Assembly (NCBI GenBank): GCA_963693115.1
Contig: OY843750.1
Span: forward strand, 1,660,680-1,724,679
Direction of reading: 5' to 3'
Length of the DNA stretch: 64,000 nt
DNA from: Spirochaetia bacterium
GTDB lineage: Bacteria; Spirochaetota; Spirochaetia; WTKD01; G963693115
This document shows, piece after piece, positions 63,139 through 64,000 of the stretch. Under the pieces are notes generated by a model that saw only the letters and a list, made by a program, of their open reading frames with translations, did not search any database and was not told where the DNA came from. The position numbers and the translations under genes are program-made. Within the stretch, counting starts at the first letter, position 1; the number at the start of each line of letters is the position of its first letter.

Positions 63139-64000
63139 ATGCATGAAAACAATATAAAAAAGCCATCAAACACTTTTAGAAAAACCAAAATAGTTGCAAC
63201 CCTAGGTCCCGGATGCAATTCTGAAGCCATACTAAGCCAGATGATTCGCTCAGGCATGAACTGTGCACGCTTCAATTTTAGTCATGGAAGTCATAAAGAA
63301 CACCTTACTCGCCTCACTATGGTGCGTAGAATGGAGAAAAAACTCACCATACCCATTGCGGTATTACTTGATACCAAAGGGCCAGAGATAAGAACAGCAA
63401 TCAATGCCGAAGACATAGAGTACAATATCACGCGTGATACAGAGCTAATAATCTCTTGCGATGCGGAATACAGTACTAAGAATGTCATTGGAGTAAGTTA
63501 TAAGACCTTGTATAGAGATGTAAAACCCGGGCAAATCTTTAAAATCGCAGATGGTAGCATCATACTGGAAGCAATAAAAGTGGATGGCACTAATATTCAC
63601 TGTCATGTAAGAGATGGGGGGCGTCTTGGTTCACGCAAAAATTTTAATGTACCTGGAATAAAACTCAATATAGAATTTCTCAGTAATAAAGACAAGGAAG
63701 ACATACAGTTTGCTATTACCCATCAATTTGACTTTATAGCACTCTCATTCGTAAGAAATGCAGAAGACGTATACTCTGTACAGAGCATACTAGACGAACA
63801 TCAAAGTCCTATTAAGCTCATTGCAAAAATAGAAAATCAAGAAGGACTCGATAACATAGACAGCATATTGCAAATATGTTCGGGGGCAATGGTAGCACGT
63901 GGCGACCTTGCCGAACAAGTACAAGCAGAACACATCCCCATCATACAAAAACGGCTTATTGCCACGTGTAACAAAAATGCAAAAATTGCTATAACAGCGA
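63139..64000 (+). CDS. pyk: pyruvate kinase (N-terminal part; continues beyond the window)
   Basis: My translation from the ATG at 63139 is MHENNIKKPSNTFRKTKIVATLGPGCNS...MNCARFNFSHGSH...VLLDTKGPEIRT, the canonical pyruvate kinase N-terminus. It is not in the ORF track because no stop lies in the window. Confidence 0.9.
   Translation, partial: MHENNIKKPSNTFRKTKIVATLGPGCNSEAILSQMIRSGMNCARFNFSHGSHKEHLTRLTMVRRMEKKLTIPIAVLLDTKGPEIRTAINAEDIEYNITRDTELIISCDAEYSTKNVIGVSYKTLYRDVKPGQIFKIADGSIILEAIKVDGTNIHCHVRDGGRLGSRKNFNVPGIKLNIEFLSNKDKEDIQFAITHQFDFIALSFVRNAEDVYSVQSILDEHQSPIKLIAKIENQEGLDNIDSILQICSGAMVARGDLAEQVQAEHIPIIQKRLIATCNKNAKIAITA

Overview
AT-rich bacterial chromosomal window read with the standard genetic code. 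It is densely coded, and I saw no rRNA, CRISPR array, transposase or integrase. The partial gene at the left edge encodes a flagellar rod protein, so the host is flagellated. Some signal peptides and lipoboxes look spirochaete-like, but I cannot verify taxonomy from sequence alone.

Gene content in order:
- Two cNMP-binding proteins, then galK.
- A cation/H+ antiporter fused to a PTS EIIA domain.
- An M23 peptidase and a ROK sugar kinase.
- A self-contained mannitol PTS operon: mtlA, mtlD and an EIIA-HPr-EI fusion.
- tRNA-Pro(GGG), a Cu-type P-type ATPase and an aldo/keto reductase.
- Three MATE exporters.
- An unusual 1143-aa fusion of 2-oxoacid dehydrogenase E1alpha, E1beta, a lipoyl domain and a FabH-type KAS III.
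- A methyltransferase-like protein and a small XRE regulator.
- A ~12 kb tandem array of DUF285/BspA-type repeat surface-protein genes. One is frameshifted and carries a divergent M23/LytM-like C-terminal module, and an orphan copy of that module lies nearby.
- A gcvT-gcvH-gcvP operon behind a tandem glycine riboswitch, followed by another DUF285 lipoprotein.
- A galactoside utilisation operon: binding protein, two permeases, lacZ and a GH4 melA.
- ogt, gpt, a chvE/gguAB-like monosaccharide ABC transporter with an oxidoreductase, and the 5' part of pyruvate kinase.

The two most interesting items are the E1-lipoyl-KAS III megaenzyme with its same-strand neighbours, and the recombining DUF285 array with its M23-like module. 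All functional calls rest on motifs I recognised by eye in the supplied translations. No database search was run.
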